DNA from: Clostridia bacterium
GTDB taxonomy: Bacteria; Bacillota; Clostridia; Saccharofermentanales; UBA5734
Direction: 5' to 3'
NCBI GenBank assembly: GCA_040772685.1
Contig: JAXGXQ010000001.1
Coordinates: 449,930 to 513,929, forward strand
DNA length: 64,000 nucleotides
The position numbers and the translations under genes were made by a program. The notes under the pieces were generated by a model, which worked only from the letters and a program-made list of their open reading frames with translations, had not been told where the DNA came from and did not search any database. Positions 21,308 to 31,740 of the stretch are shown here, piece by piece; position 1 is the stretch's first letter; each line of letters opens with the position of its first letter.

Positions 21308-21697
21308 TCAGCGTACAAGCTCACGCCAGTCGAGATCACCGCGGTCGATAGCCAATACAAGCAGCTCGGAAGTCGCGATATTGGTCGCGATCGGGATGCT
21401 GTTAGTGTCACAGGCTTTCATCAGCGAGTTGGGCAGATCGTAGGCTTCGAGCAAAGGGTCGCGCAAATAGATAACTGCGTCGATTTCGTTATAATGCACT
21501 CTGGAAGCAAGTTGATCGAGCCCGCTGACAAGGTCGGCAGCTAAACCGTCAACGTTTATTTTAGCCGAATCGTTGATCAGACGAGCGGTGTTAAATAACG
21601 AAAACAAGTTATGGCGCGAGAGTATTTGGCTATAGGCAATACAAAAATTTACCAATAGCTCATTCTTGCGATTATCAGCAAGAAGTACGATATTCAC
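21308..21697 (-). CDS. methylglyoxal-synthase-like domain protein with degenerate catalytic motifs
   Basis: 129 aa, GTG start with an AGGAGG RBS. It aligns by eye to MgsA (IVLLADNRKNE / DAVIYLRDPL / NIPIATNIATSE). It lacks the AHDxxK, TGTTG and PHxPD motifs. Confidence 0.7.
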   Translation of the reverse strand: MNIVLLADNRKNELLVNFCIAYSQILSRHNLFSLFNTARLINDSAKINVDGLAADLVSGLDQLASRVHYNEIDAVIYLRDPLLEAYDLPNSLMKACDTNSIPIATNIATSELLVLAIDRGDLDWRELVR

Positions 21698-21926
21698 AAA
21701 TATTCCTCCTGATTCGGCAATCTTTTTAAACTGCCGATTAAATTAACTCATATTGCTCTATTTTATATATCATTGCCTAAAAAATCAATACTAAATATCA
21801 CTGTAGCTGTGCAATTAGGCAATGCAAATGTTTCATACAGCAATCTAAGCAAGTATAACAACTAAAATGATAAAAGTAGAACTGCCTTTGTTACAGTTTT
21901 TACGACAATATATTAATTTACTAAAA

Positions 21927-24239
21927 TCAATTTACACCCGGCAGAATGACCAAATCATGGTCGGTTTTCACGCCAAAACCGAAATATTCATCCAAAAGAG
22001 CTTTAGTTATGCCAATGGTATTTGAACCCCAGGCACCTTTTTCCACTATTTGCGCAATCGCGACTTCGGGATTATCTGCTGGTGCATAGGCTATGAACAA
22101 GCCGTTGGAAGACGAAACATCTTCGAAGCCCGTTTCGGCCGTACCGGTTTTAGCAGCAACTTTAACGGGATAATCCTTGAAGTAGGAATAAGCAGTGCCT
22201 TCTTTGTCATGAGCAACAGCGATCATGCTTTCACGCACGGCTTGCAAAGTTGATTCTTTTAAGTCAATCGGTTCCGGCTCCTGATGGTCAGCCTGAACAA
22301 TCGTGCCGTCATTCCGGGTTACAGAATCGATTACATAAGGGGTTACCAGATTACCTGTTGCCAGCGAAGCTGTGAAACGGGCCAACTGCAGAATTGAAAA
22401 GCTGTTATCGAACTGACCGATCGCAGATTGAGCAGTATCGGCCGGGAACCAGGTTTGATCGACTGGATTGGCGCGCAGCAATTTCTTTGTTTCGCGGCTG
22501 GAACGGTAGCCTTTGGCCTCGCCGGGGAGATCAATTCCGGTTCGTTCACCCAGGCCAAGCATTTTTCCGTATTTATCAATACTATCGATGCCGGTGCGCA
22601 CACCAAGCTGGTAAAAATAAACGTTGCAGGAAGTAGCCATCGCCCGCTTCAGCGTCAGGTTGCCATGTCCGCGGCTGGGATATTCCAGACAGCGGAAAGG
22701 CCAGTTGTCAATTGTTATTCTACCGGGGTCGTTAATCACATTGTTGTTTGGAGTAATAGCTCCGGTTTCCAGGCCGGCAATTGCCGTAACTGGCTTGAAA
22801 GTAGAACCTGGCGCGTAGATTTCCATCATCGTCCGGTTCCACATGGCTTTTTGTTGATTATTCGTCAAGTAGTCCACAACGCGAGCTCTGGCTTCCTCAT
22901 CAGTTGCCTGATCGATAAAATCACTTGGATTATAGGAAGGATAGCTGGCCATCGCCAGAATTTTCCCGGTGCGGACATCCAGCATCACAACTGCGCCGGC
23001 ATCAGCATCACCCAGGTTGGCATTGCGAGGGCTGCTGCGGATTTCTTCAATGACCTCTTCCAACACGCGATTGGCAGTTTTTTGTAAATTAAGATCGATC
23101 GTGAGGCGAACATTGGCGCCGGGAATCGGGTCACTGCCCGACAACTCCGAAAAGAAGGTGCCATCTTCACCGGCTATACTCCAAATGTTATAGGGCTTAG
23201 TGCCGCTGCGCCCGGCCAAATAACGTTCGGCTGACGCCTCCACTCCCGCTTGCCCGGTAATCGCGTCCGGGGCGTACCCCAACGATTTCAGTTCTTCGTA
23301 CTGGCTGGCCGAGATACGGCCGGTATAACCGATGACATGGCTCAAGTGCCTGGCATCGTCAGTATATACACGTTCAGAATCAAGACCGGTCATAACTCCT
23401 CGGAAACGGTAATTCTGCTCAGTGATAATACTGACAACTTCGTCAGGGATCCCGCGGACCAGCTCTACAGGCCTGCCGTTGATGAAAGTCCAATTGTTTT
23501 TAGTCAGCAGGTATCGCAGGTTAATAATCTGCATTGCCTCAGTTTTGGTGTACATTTGTCCGTCTGCTTCCGGATCTTCAATCGCGTATTTGTAGCGCAG
23601 CCAGTCAAAAAATATGTCCGGATTGAGCTTGACAGCATCATTCAGCGCTGATTCCGCCTGGCCTGCCTTTGGCTGTTTGAGCGCATAAAGGTTACTGTCT
23701 GTCTGCCAATAGGTAATTTCTTTATCATCTTTCATGAATATTGGCAGGCCGCAATCATCTCCATCACCCTCGGCATGTGAACAAGCCGAATGGTCTAGTT
23801 GAAAGTAATCAGCTAATTCCGGCTCAAAAGTCACGTTGTGTGCCTGCAAAAATTCAGCTAAATCAAGCAGCATGGCATTAAGCTGCAGGTCTGGCAACGA
23901 AGCATAAGTCAGGTACAGCACGTTGACTGAACGTGAATAAGCCAAAGGTATGCCAGCAGCGTCAACAATATCACCGCGATTGGCCGGAATAACTTGCTGT
24001 CTGGAAACACCGGATGTTTCGCTGACCGGAGCGGCGGATACACCGGTAAGCTGCAAAGCAGCCGTATTGTAGAAAATCATCACTCCGGCCAACAAAAAAG
24101 CAATTGCCAGCAAAGCGTAGCGACTGCGTAAAAAACGGCCCAGCCGGTTCTTCAGCTGTGGGCGTTCCTCCTGGGCCTGCTGCTCGTCTTGACTGGCATC
24201 ATCAAACGTATAATAACTGCCAAACTTGGGGTCACTCAC
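21927..24239 (-). CDS. mrdA: penicillin-binding protein 2 (elongation transpeptidase)
   Basis: 770 aa with an N-terminal TM anchor, SxxK (GSTFKP), SxN (TSCNVYF) and KTG (AKTGTA) motifs. The GTG start overlaps the mreD stop. Confidence 0.9.
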   Translation of the reverse strand: MSDPKFGSYYTFDDASQDEQQAQEERPQLKNRLGRFLRSRYALLAIAFLLAGVMIFYNTAALQLTGVSAAPVSETSGVSRQQVIPANRGDIVDAAGIPLAYSRSVNVLYLTYASLPDLQLNAMLLDLAEFLQAHNVTFEPELADYFQLDHSACSHAEGDGDDCGLPIFMKDDKEITYWQTDSNLYALKQPKAGQAESALNDAVKLNPDIFFDWLRYKYAIEDPEADGQMYTKTEAMQIINLRYLLTKNNWTFINGRPVELVRGIPDEVVSIITEQNYRFRGVMTGLDSERVYTDDARHLSHVIGYTGRISASQYEELKSLGYAPDAITGQAGVEASAERYLAGRSGTKPYNIWSIAGEDGTFFSELSGSDPIPGANVRLTIDLNLQKTANRVLEEVIEEIRSSPRNANLGDADAGAVVMLDVRTGKILAMASYPSYNPSDFIDQATDEEARARVVDYLTNNQQKAMWNRTMMEIYAPGSTFKPVTAIAGLETGAITPNNNVINDPGRITIDNWPFRCLEYPSRGHGNLTLKRAMATSCNVYFYQLGVRTGIDSIDKYGKMLGLGERTGIDLPGEAKGYRSSRETKKLLRANPVDQTWFPADTAQSAIGQFDNSFSILQLARFTASLATGNLVTPYVIDSVTRNDGTIVQADHQEPEPIDLKESTLQAVRESMIAVAHDKEGTAYSYFKDYPVKVAAKTGTAETGFEDVSSSNGLFIAYAPADNPEVAIAQIVEKGAWGSNTIGITKALLDEYFGFGVKTDHDLVILPGVN

Positions 24240-24811
24240 CAGACATGATCTCCTGTAAGCACTTCAGAGTTTACATTATGTAGATGGCCTTTACGGTAAG
24301 GCCCGGTGTGAAGCAGCAGCTGAAACATGGGAACTGCCGCCGCCAGATTAAGCAATAACGAGCCGGCGCCGGTCCGGGACATCTGTTGCCAGAGGATTTG
24401 CCACTCAGGCACCGTGTCTTGAACCATAGGAAAAAAGCGATTAAGCCCGACGATAAAAATTGTGTAAAACACGGTCACCAACGCAACCAGAATTAAAGCA
24501 AAAAACTGTTGGCGGCGAAAACGCTGACGGAAAAGGAGCGCGCCGCAGATACCGGCATACATCAGAAGCAGCATCCCCATACCCAGGCTGCGGCCGGCAA
24601 GAGAGTCACGCAAATAGCCAGCAGCCAAACCGATAGCAATGCCGTCGCCTATGCCGAACAGAAACCCACTGAGTACACTCAATACCAGTGTAAAATCAGG
24701 CCCGGCGCCCCAAAGCATCCAGGTACCCGGCCAGAATATCTGCAAAATGGCGCTGCCCAGCAGAGCAATGGCGTAGACAGCAAGCTGACGGATCCGGGCA
24801 CTGCGTTCCAT
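24236..24811 (-). CDS. mreD: rod shape-determining protein MreD
   Basis: 191 aa, polytopic. It lies directly after mreC with a GGGAAGGAG RBS. Confidence 0.8.
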   Translation of the reverse strand: MERSARIRQLAVYAIALLGSAILQIFWPGTWMLWGAGPDFTLVLSVLSGFLFGIGDGIAIGLAAGYLRDSLAGRSLGMGMLLLMYAGICGALLFRQRFRRQQFFALILVALVTVFYTIFIVGLNRFFPMVQDTVPEWQILWQQMSRTGAGSLLLNLAAAVPMFQLLLHTGPYRKGHLHNVNSEVLTGDHVW

Positions 24812-24812
24812 G

Positions 24813-25706
24813 CTACTCCTTCCCTTTCATAATAAATACGGTCTCAATGTTCTCGAGATCTATGTAGGGTTGCAGAATAGCCATACGGGTTTGGCGCGAG
24901 CCTGAATCCCGAACTTCTGTTACCTTGCCAATCGGCAGACCGGCCGGGAACAGGCCGCCTTCGCCGCTGGTAATGATTTCGTCACCCACCCGGATCACCG
25001 CAGCCGCGGGAATGTGGTCAACCACACAAAAACCCTGGCTTTTCAAATCAATATCGCCACGTACCCGTACCAGTGCGCCGGTAGCCGAATTCACTTTGGC
25101 ACTCATCGCAAAGCCTTCATGGAGCAGCGGTAGAATTCGCGCCGAAACCAAATCCGTTGAAAGCACACGCCCCACTAAACGGGACTGTGCGTCAACCACG
25201 GCAAAAGATGATGTTTCGGAAACATTAATCCCATCCTTTTGACCTGAATCTATCCGGAAAATATCAAACCAGGAACCGAGTTCACGCGTCATGATGCGGG
25301 CACCGACAATTTCGTAATTGGAATAGCGGTCTTTCAGTTGGAAAGCATCTTTCAGTGACTCGTATTGACGGCCGGCTTCCTGCAACTGGATAATCTGGTT
25401 TTTCAGCTCGGCATTCTCTTGCTCCAAGGCGCGGTTCTCTTCACGTATCTTCACGCCTTCGCGAAACGCGTTGTAAAAGTCGTTAGCCTTCGTCATGACT
25501 CCGTAAATCGCGCTCTGAACTGGCCCGAAAACAATCGAAACCGGACTGGTGAGGGTATTCAAAAAACTGCCAGGTATTGAGGACAATAAAATAAAAGCCA
25601 ACAACAAAAGTGTTGTGAATACCACCAGGACAATTTTATTTTTGAATAAGCGGTGCAAGGTGCTGCCTGATTCCTTCCTGATAATGGTTGGTTTATAATA
25701 GCCCAA
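24813..25706 (-). CDS. mreC: rod shape-determining protein MreC
   Basis: 297 aa with an N-terminal TM, a coiled-coil (EENRALEQENAELKNQIIQLQE) and C-terminal beta domains ending GLFPAGLPIGKV. It has a TTG start with a weak RBS. Confidence 0.85.
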   Translation of the reverse strand: MGYYKPTIIRKESGSTLHRLFKNKIVLVVFTTLLLLAFILLSSIPGSFLNTLTSPVSIVFGPVQSAIYGVMTKANDFYNAFREGVKIREENRALEQENAELKNQIIQLQEAGRQYESLKDAFQLKDRYSNYEIVGARIMTRELGSWFDIFRIDSGQKDGINVSETSSFAVVDAQSRLVGRVLSTDLVSARILPLLHEGFAMSAKVNSATGALVRVRGDIDLKSQGFCVVDHIPAAAVIRVGDEIITSGEGGLFPAGLPIGKVTEVRDSGSRQTRMAILQPYIDLENIETVFIMKGKE

Positions 25707-25719
25707 ACCCAGAGCCTTT

Positions 25720-26556
25720 TCAAATTGATCCCTGCTGTTTCAAGCTGGTAAAACCACCGCGGGCTACAATGATATGGTCAACCACTCTAACTCCCATTAA
25801 TTCGCCCATCTCGACAAACCGGCGAGTAGTCTCAATGTCTTCCGTGCTCGGCGAAGGGTCACCGCTGGGGTGATTATGAGCCAGGATCAGGGCTGCGGCA
25901 TTAGCCCTGACAGCTTCTCGGAACAAATCGCGCGGGCAGATTACTGAAGCGGAAAGACCGCCTTCTGCAATCCGGATTACTCTGATAACACGATTGCGGA
26001 TATCCATCAGGACTGCCCGTAATTCCTCGCGCGGCAGGTTTGCCATTTCTGTTTCAACCAGCCTGGCTGCGTCCTCAGGTGTACGGATTGTTTCCCGCGG
26101 TTTGCGGGCACCGGCACCGGCCCGCGCAGCAATTTCGATTATTGCTTTCAGCTGGATCGCCCGTACTCTGCCAATACCTGCATGAGACATTAGTTCCTCC
26201 AAAGATCTTTCCTGGAGGAAATCGAGCCCGCCCTTGCCGTCAGAAGCATTGATTATCAAATTTTGAGCTAACTGCAAAGCATTGGAATTGCGGTTGCCGT
26301 TGCGAATGATAATTGCCAGCAACTCTGCATCTGTCAGGGCAGCAGGTCCAAGCGCACAAAAGCGTTCGCTTGGCCGCTCGCTGTCTGGAATCTGTTTCAT
26401 AGTGTAGCGGATGTCAGAGTCAGCGCCTGTTTTTGTTTCTGCAGCAGTTGCAGCAAAAGATTCAGCGGTGGTTGCGGCAACAGATTCAGCAGTGGTTACG
26501 GTAACAGATGCAGCGGCGGTTGCGGAAATTGTGTCAATGGCAGTAATTGTAGACAT
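25720..26556 (-). CDS. radC: RadC-family JAMM-motif protein with a repeat-containing N-terminal extension
   Basis: ERPSERF..G...L.D.ELLAIIIRNG helix-hairpin-helix region and the JAMM motif HNHPSGDPSPS. An AGGAGGG RBS supports the long form starting at 26556. Confidence 0.85.
   Translation of the reverse strand: MSTITAIDTISATAAASVTVTTAESVAATTAESFAATAAETKTGADSDIRYTMKQIPDSERPSERFCALGPAALTDAELLAIIIRNGNRNSNALQLAQNLIINASDGKGGLDFLQERSLEELMSHAGIGRVRAIQLKAIIEIAARAGAGARKPRETIRTPEDAARLVETEMANLPREELRAVLMDIRNRVIRVIRIAEGGLSASVICPRDLFREAVRANAAALILAHNHPSGDPSPSTEDIETTRRFVEMGELMGVRVVDHIIVARGGFTSLKQQGSI
26447..26542. repeat. about 4 x 24-bp degenerate tandem repeat in the radC 5' end
   Basis: Units begin at 26447, 26471, 26495 and 26519 (gttgcNgcaaNagattcagcNgtg). 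They encode A(T/A)TAES(V/F)A-type octapeptides. Confidence 0.8.
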
Positions 26557-26580
26557 AAGCCCTCCTGTTGAGAGGGCCTG

Positions 26581-27258
26581 TCAGGCAAACGGTAAGATAA
26601 ATGAACGCATCTGAACTGATCCTGTTGTCGCAGCCATTTCCTTAAGTTCGACAAACAGTCGGTGCACAGGCAGGCCCATTACGTTGTAATAGCAACCGTT
26701 GATCCCTTTGATAAATGCCGCGCCAAGGCCTTGAATGCCGTAGGCGCCGGCTTTGTCAAAGGGTTCACCAGAAGCAAGATACCAATCAATCATTGCCTCG
26801 TCGAGGCGGCCAAAAGTTACTTCTGTTGTTTCAGCAACATTTTTTTGCTTAACGCTGCCACCTGATCTGATTTGAATTGCCAGCCCGGTCACGACCTTAT
26901 GTGTGCGGTTGGACAGCAGTTGCAGCATATCAGCCGCTTCCCTGCCAGTTTCCGGCTTGCCCAACATTTTTCCGTCAATGGTTACGATTGTATCCGCAGC
27001 GATTACCAGCGCTTCAGCAGGCAGCTCATTTTGTTCAAGCAAAGCCGTAAGCTTGCCGGCAGCGAGTTGACCGGCTAAATCTGCCGGCTCGGCTACTGAG
27101 TCTGTTTTAGTAGTATTCATCAGCGGCAACTCATCGTATGCAGGCACAATCACAGTTATCCGCTCAGGCGGGTAAAAACGCTCCAGCAGCTCCAAACGGC
27201 GCGGCGAAGCACTGGCCAGCACCAGCCGCGGCAGCGCGTATGTGTTAAAACTCGGCAT
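26581..27258 (-). CDS. maf: Maf-family nucleoside-triphosphate pyrophosphatase
   Basis: [16 protein letters not shown]-terminal signature and AGAYGIQG near the C-terminus. The start chosen is the ATG at 27258, just after the asnS stop. Confidence 0.88.
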   Translation of the reverse strand: MPSFNTYALPRLVLASASPRRLELLERFYPPERITVIVPAYDELPLMNTTKTDSVAEPADLAGQLAAGKLTALLEQNELPAEALVIAADTIVTIDGKMLGKPETGREAADMLQLLSNRTHKVVTGLAIQIRSGGSVKQKNVAETTEVTFGRLDEAMIDWYLASGEPFDKAGAYGIQGLGAAFIKGINGCYYNVMGLPVHRLFVELKEMAATTGSVQMRSFILPFA

Positions 27259-28639
27259 TACCGGTAGTTCTCGGGAATGGAATGACGTCGCGGATGTTGG
27301 AAACACCGGTCAGGTACATAATCATGCGTTCAAAACCAAGACCGAAACCGGCATGGCGGACTGAGCCATAACGGCGGAGATCCAGATACCACCAGTAATC
27401 AGCTTCGTTCAAGCCCATTTCCTGCATTCTGGCGAGCAGAACTTCGTAGTTGTCTTCACGCTGACTGCCGCCAATGATTTCGCCGATCCCGGGGACGAGG
27501 CAATCCATTGCCGCTACAGTACGGCCGTCTGGATTCTGCTTCATGTAGAAAGCCTTAATATCCTTCGGGTAATCGACCACAAATACCGGCTTTTTGAATA
27601 GCTTCTCAGTCAGGAAACGTTCATGTTCTGTTTGCAGGTCACAGCCCCACTCAACCGGGTAGTTGAAGATCTTGCCTGCTTTCTTCAGCTCTTCAATCGC
27701 GTCAGTATAAGTGATGACGCCAAAATCAGAATCCGCGACCAGCTCAAGGCGTTCCAACAGCCCTTTATCGACAAATTTATTGAAAAATTCCATTTCAGCG
27801 GGACAGGTATCAAGAACAGTGCGAATAATATAACGGATCATTTCCTCAGCTACCCGGCGATTGTCGGCTAAATCGGCAAAAGCCATTTCCGGTTCAATCA
27901 TCCAGAATTCCGCTGCGTGCCGGGCGGTATTAGAATTTTCGGCCCGGAATGTCGGCCCGAAGGTATATACATTTCCGAAAGCCATAGCAAAGGCTTCCGC
28001 GTTTAGCTGACCGCTTACTGTCAGGTTCGCCTCATGGCCAAAGAAATCCTTGCTGAAATCTATCTCGCCTGCGGGCGTCAGCGGAGTTTGCTTAAGATCC
28101 AGTGTCGTCACCCGGAACATTTCACCGGCGCCTTCAGCATCGCTGCCCGTGATGATCGGCGTATTTACATAAACAAAATCACGTTCCTGGAAAAATTTAT
28201 GAATCGCGAAGGCCGCAACCGAGCGCACACGGAACACAGCATTGAATAAATTGGTGCGGGGACGCAAATGGGCGATTGTTCGCAGGTATTCCGGCGTATG
28301 CCGTTTCGGCTGCAGAGGATATTCCGGTGGCGAACCGCCTTCAACCTCAACGCTGTTCGCTTTCAATTCAAATGGTTGACTGGCATTTGGGGTTAATTCC
28401 AGAGTTCCTTCAACAATAATCGCTGAACCGTTGCCCAAGTGGGCAATCCGGTCGTAATCGGCAAGATGCTCGCGATCGATGACAACTTGCAGCGGACTAA
28501 AGTAAGAGCCGTCATTGAGGCTGATAAAACCAAATTGTTTTTGATCGCGCAGAGTGCGGATCCAACCGGCAACACACAAAGTTTTGCCAGCATACTGTGC
28601 CGGATCGCGATATAGTTCACGAATTGCTGTTTTGTTCAT
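27245..28639 (-). CDS. asnS: asparagine--tRNA ligase
   Basis: It has an OB anticodon-binding N-terminus ([23 protein letters not shown]) and class II motifs ([30 protein letters not shown]). The start is at [10 protein letters not shown]. Confidence 0.93.
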   Translation of the reverse strand: MNKTAIRELYRDPAQYAGKTLCVAGWIRTLRDQKQFGFISLNDGSYFSPLQVVIDREHLADYDRIAHLGNGSAIIVEGTLELTPNASQPFELKANSVEVEGGSPPEYPLQPKRHTPEYLRTIAHLRPRTNLFNAVFRVRSVAAFAIHKFFQERDFVYVNTPIITGSDAEGAGEMFRVTTLDLKQTPLTPAGEIDFSKDFFGHEANLTVSGQLNAEAFAMAFGNVYTFGPTFRAENSNTARHAAEFWMIEPEMAFADLADNRRVAEEMIRYIIRTVLDTCPAEMEFFNKFVDKGLLERLELVADSDFGVITYTDAIEELKKAGKIFNYPVEWGCDLQTEHERFLTEKLFKKPVFVVDYPKDIKAFYMKQNPDGRTVAAMDCLVPGIGEIIGGSQREDNYEVLLARMQEMGLNEADYWWYLDLRRYGSVRHAGFGLGFERMIMYLTGVSNIRDVIPFPRTTGNAEF

Positions 28640-28671
28640 GCTTGCTTCTTTTCCCTTCTTCCAGCCTTGCT

Positions 28672-29181
28672 TCAGGCGCGGCCACAACATACCTTGTATT
28701 TTTTGCCGCTGCCACAGGGGCAGGGGTCATTGCGGCCGACTTTATTACTTACCGCAATTTTGGAGCGGCGCCAATCTTTGGCCAGTTCTTCACGTCGAGC
28801 CGCTGAGAGCACCTTATCCCAGGTTTCGAGGTTGTACAGCCAATCGGCCTTGGCTTCATGCATCTTGATATAAAGCTTTTCAAAGTCGAGCTCTAACTTC
28901 ACAGAGGTTTCGTCGGCAATTTCTTCAAGTTCGAGCGTCTGTTTCAGAGCTTCATTCAGCCCGTCAAGAAAGCCCACGAATGTGACCATATCATTCTTAA
29001 AGCCAAGTTCTTTTGCTAAATCAGCGGCTGTGCCTTGCGGGATCTCTGGATAATTAGCCAAAATCTGGCTGTAAGCCTCAGTTTCAACGTCATAGTAATT
29101 TTGGACAAAAGCCTGGTATTCCGACTCATTGGCCATGCCGGAGCCTTGGATTGCTGTCTCCCATTCGGAGAAATAACTCAT
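28672..29181 (-). CDS. SEC-C metal-binding motif protein of unknown function
   Basis: 169 aa. The C-terminal [21 protein letters not shown] is the SecA-type zinc-binding tail. The rest is acidic and helical. Confidence 0.75.
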   Translation of the reverse strand: MSYFSEWETAIQGSGMANESEYQAFVQNYYDVETEAYSQILANYPEIPQGTAADLAKELGFKNDMVTFVGFLDGLNEALKQTLELEEIADETSVKLELDFEKLYIKMHEAKADWLYNLETWDKVLSAARREELAKDWRRSKIAVSNKVGRNDPCPCGSGKKYKVCCGRA

Positions 29182-29185
29182 TGGT

Positions 29186-30394
29186 TTAACCTCTTTTCTT
29201 GAGTTTAGCGGCTATAGCTTGCAGGAAGCCTTCTGTATCAACAACAGTGGTTTCCGGAAGTTCTACGATACTTTTCAGGTCACCCGTGATGATTCCTGAT
29301 TCAATCGCGGCGATCGATTCTTCTTCGAGAGCGTTAGCGAAATCTACCAGTTCCGGCAGTTCATCCATTTCACCACGCTTACGCAAAGCGCCGCTCCAGG
29401 CAAAAATCGTAGCTATTGGATTCGTCGATGTTTTCTCACCTTTGAGGTGCTTGTAATAATGACGGGTCACAGTGCCATGAGCAGCCTCAAATTCGTAGGC
29501 ACCGTCCGGTGAAACCAGCACAGAGGACATCATGGCCAGACTGCCATTGGCGGAAGCGATCATGTCCGACATGACATCGCCGTCATAATTCTTGCAGGCC
29601 CAGACAAAACCGCCTTCAGAACGCATCACGCGGGCGACAATGTCGTCAATCAATGTATAGAAATAACTAATGCCGGCTTCTTCGAAATCATCAGCATATT
29701 CAAGTTCGAATATATCAGCGAAAATGTCTTTAAAACGATGGTCATAAGTTTTGGAAATGGTGTCTTTGGCCCCAAACCACAAATCCTGTTTGGTTTCAAG
29801 CGCATAATTAAAGCAGGCGCGGGCAAAGCTGCTGATTGATTCGTCAAGATTGTGCACTCCCTGAATGATGCCCGGGCCTTCAAAATCATGAATCAGACCT
29901 GTTTTAATGGAACCATCCGGATAGGTTACACACAGTTCAGCACGGCAGGGGCCTTCGATCTGCAACTCAATATTCCTGTAAATATCACCGTAGGCATGAC
30001 GCGCGATCGTGATCGGCTTGGTCCAGCAGCTGACATAGTGATTGATGCAGTCAACCAGAATCGGGGCACGGAAGACAGTGCCGTCCAGAATAGCGCGGAT
30101 AGTGCCGTTCGGGCTTTTCCACATCTCGCTGAGATTGTATTCCTTGACACGTTGGGCATTTGGGGTGATAGTGGCGCACTTAACAGCCACGCCCAGCTCG
30201 CGGGTACGGTTGGCAGCGTCAATTGTAACCTGGTCTCCGGTTTTTTCCCGGTTCTCCAAACCCAGATCGAAGTATTCGGTTTTGAGATTGATAAACGGAT
30301 TCAGCAGGATATCCTTGATCTGCTGCCAGATGATTCGGGTCATCTCGTCGCCGTCCATCTCTACCAAAGGTGTTTTCATCTGCAATTTTGCCAT
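29186..30394 (-). CDS. icd: NADP-dependent isocitrate dehydrogenase (about 400-aa subfamily II type)
   Basis: The N-terminus [20 protein letters not shown] and later conserved blocks are typical of dimeric IDH. A GGAGG RBS is present. Confidence 0.92.
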   Translation of the reverse strand: MAKLQMKTPLVEMDGDEMTRIIWQQIKDILLNPFINLKTEYFDLGLENREKTGDQVTIDAANRTRELGVAVKCATITPNAQRVKEYNLSEMWKSPNGTIRAILDGTVFRAPILVDCINHYVSCWTKPITIARHAYGDIYRNIELQIEGPCRAELCVTYPDGSIKTGLIHDFEGPGIIQGVHNLDESISSFARACFNYALETKQDLWFGAKDTISKTYDHRFKDIFADIFELEYADDFEEAGISYFYTLIDDIVARVMRSEGGFVWACKNYDGDVMSDMIASANGSLAMMSSVLVSPDGAYEFEAAHGTVTRHYYKHLKGEKTSTNPIATIFAWSGALRKRGEMDELPELVDFANALEEESIAAIESGIITGDLKSIVELPETTVVDTEGFLQAIAAKLKKRG

Positions 30395-30515
30395 TTTGTA
30401 CCTCCAAAACCTTATATAACTTTAACTTTCAGGCCGCTGCGGCTCTGAAGCGATGTTTCTGAAGCGATCTTATAAGTCAAACTATTATAAAGAACCCTGC
30501 TTTCAAACGTCAATC

Positions 30516-31706
30516 TCAGTTAAGACGAGATTTGCCTGGGTTTTTCGCCGCTTCGCCAGCGGATATCAGTAATGTTTCCAGCGCCAGACGATCTGGCAGA
30601 CGCCCTGTTTTAACGGCCAGATCCGCCTCAAAGCAAGCCAGATACTGGCTTTCGAGCTCAGTAAGGCTTAAGCTTTGAGCCTGTTTTAAGAGTCGGGCGG
30701 CCACAAAAGGCATAACTTTCAGTTGAGATGCAGTTTTACTTTGTGAACCAAGTGTTTTCGCGACAATCAGCTGACGGTAATGGCGGGCTAACATGAAAGT
30801 GATCAACTGAACAGGTTGTTTTTGCGCGATCAGCGTATCGAGCAAGGTCAGCGCGCGTGAGGTCTGTCCGGCTGATACCGCGTCGGTTAAATCAAAAACA
30901 GAGCCGCGCAGATCCGGCAGCGCCAGCTGTTCCAACAACTTCAGATCAATCATGTCGGTGGAGCTGCCTGCCAGATAAAGGTATATCTTGCTGAGTTCAT
31001 TCCAGATCAGCTGCATTGAGCCGTCGCAACGGTCAATCAGACTCGAGGCAGTTACAGGATCGATTCTGAAGCCACGATGCCTGGTCTCCGCTTCTATCCA
31101 CTGGATCAGAGTTGCCGGATCTTCTTGTTCAAACACGCCGAGGATGCCGTTTTGTTCAACAGCTGTGATTAGGCGCTTCAAACGTTTATCAACCTTTTGT
31201 TCGCAAAAAACCAGACAAACGCTGTCAGGCAATGCATTTAACAAGGCTATTAATTGATCGGTCAGATTCCCGGCCGCTGCAGAGGCTGAAACCGGCGTGG
31301 CATCTTCAACAGAGTCAGTATCGTCAACTTCAGAATCAGCATCTTCGGCTGTTTTTGTTGCCACAGTATTGGCAGCGTTGCCGCGGCCACCGCGGGCAGT
31401 GGCGAACCAGCCGGATTGACTGACAATCACCAAACGGCGTTCCGAAAGAAAAGGTGGTGTCATTACTTCGGCTTGCAGCCGGTCGATTGTCAGTTGACTG
31501 CCGGCGCGATAGGTGCTGATGGCAACTTTGTCCAGTGTAATGGCTTCAGGACGAATCAGGTTTTGCTCGAGCAGCAGCACGAATCTTTCCATCAGGAAAT
31601 TTTCTTCGCCGCTTAACACATATAGCCGGCAAATCTCGCCCTTTTTAACCGCAGCTCTTAAAGCGGAATATCCCGGACCTGCTTGTTTTTTGGCTGCTCT
31701 CGCCAT
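30516..31706 (-). CDS. holA: DNA polymerase III delta subunit
   Basis: 396 aa with a delta-type N-terminus (LYVLSGEENFLMERF). It sits immediately downstream of comEC, as in most Firmicutes. An acidic insert lengthens it. Confidence 0.8.
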   Translation of the reverse strand: MARAAKKQAGPGYSALRAAVKKGEICRLYVLSGEENFLMERFVLLLEQNLIRPEAITLDKVAISTYRAGSQLTIDRLQAEVMTPPFLSERRLVIVSQSGWFATARGGRGNAANTVATKTAEDADSEVDDTDSVEDATPVSASAAAGNLTDQLIALLNALPDSVCLVFCEQKVDKRLKRLITAVEQNGILGVFEQEDPATLIQWIEAETRHRGFRIDPVTASSLIDRCDGSMQLIWNELSKIYLYLAGSSTDMIDLKLLEQLALPDLRGSVFDLTDAVSAGQTSRALTLLDTLIAQKQPVQLITFMLARHYRQLIVAKTLGSQSKTASQLKVMPFVAARLLKQAQSLSLTELESQYLACFEADLAVKTGRLPDRLALETLLISAGEAAKNPGKSRLN

Positions 31707-31740
31707 GCTTTACCTCTTCAGACTACTAATCGCTTGTATA

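Noticed and set aside
21698-21926. A 230-bp AT-rich gap between PBP2 and the MGS-like gene, considered as a possible small RNA or mobile remnant.
   Set aside because: I could find no hairpin-plus-T-run, repeats or conserved RNA motif by eye. It is most simply an internal promoter or spacer region.
22428-23087. A 219-aa plus-strand ORF inside the PBP2 gene. Similar long antisense ORFs occur at 13425-13964, 15299-15877, 29852-30448, 35718-36206, 38585-39118, 44276-44893, 45442-46038 and 56466-57008.
   Set aside because: All lie antisense to genes with unmistakable conserved motifs. They have no RBS and have low-complexity Arg/Ala/Gly-rich translations, typical of shadow ORFs in moderately GC-rich DNA.
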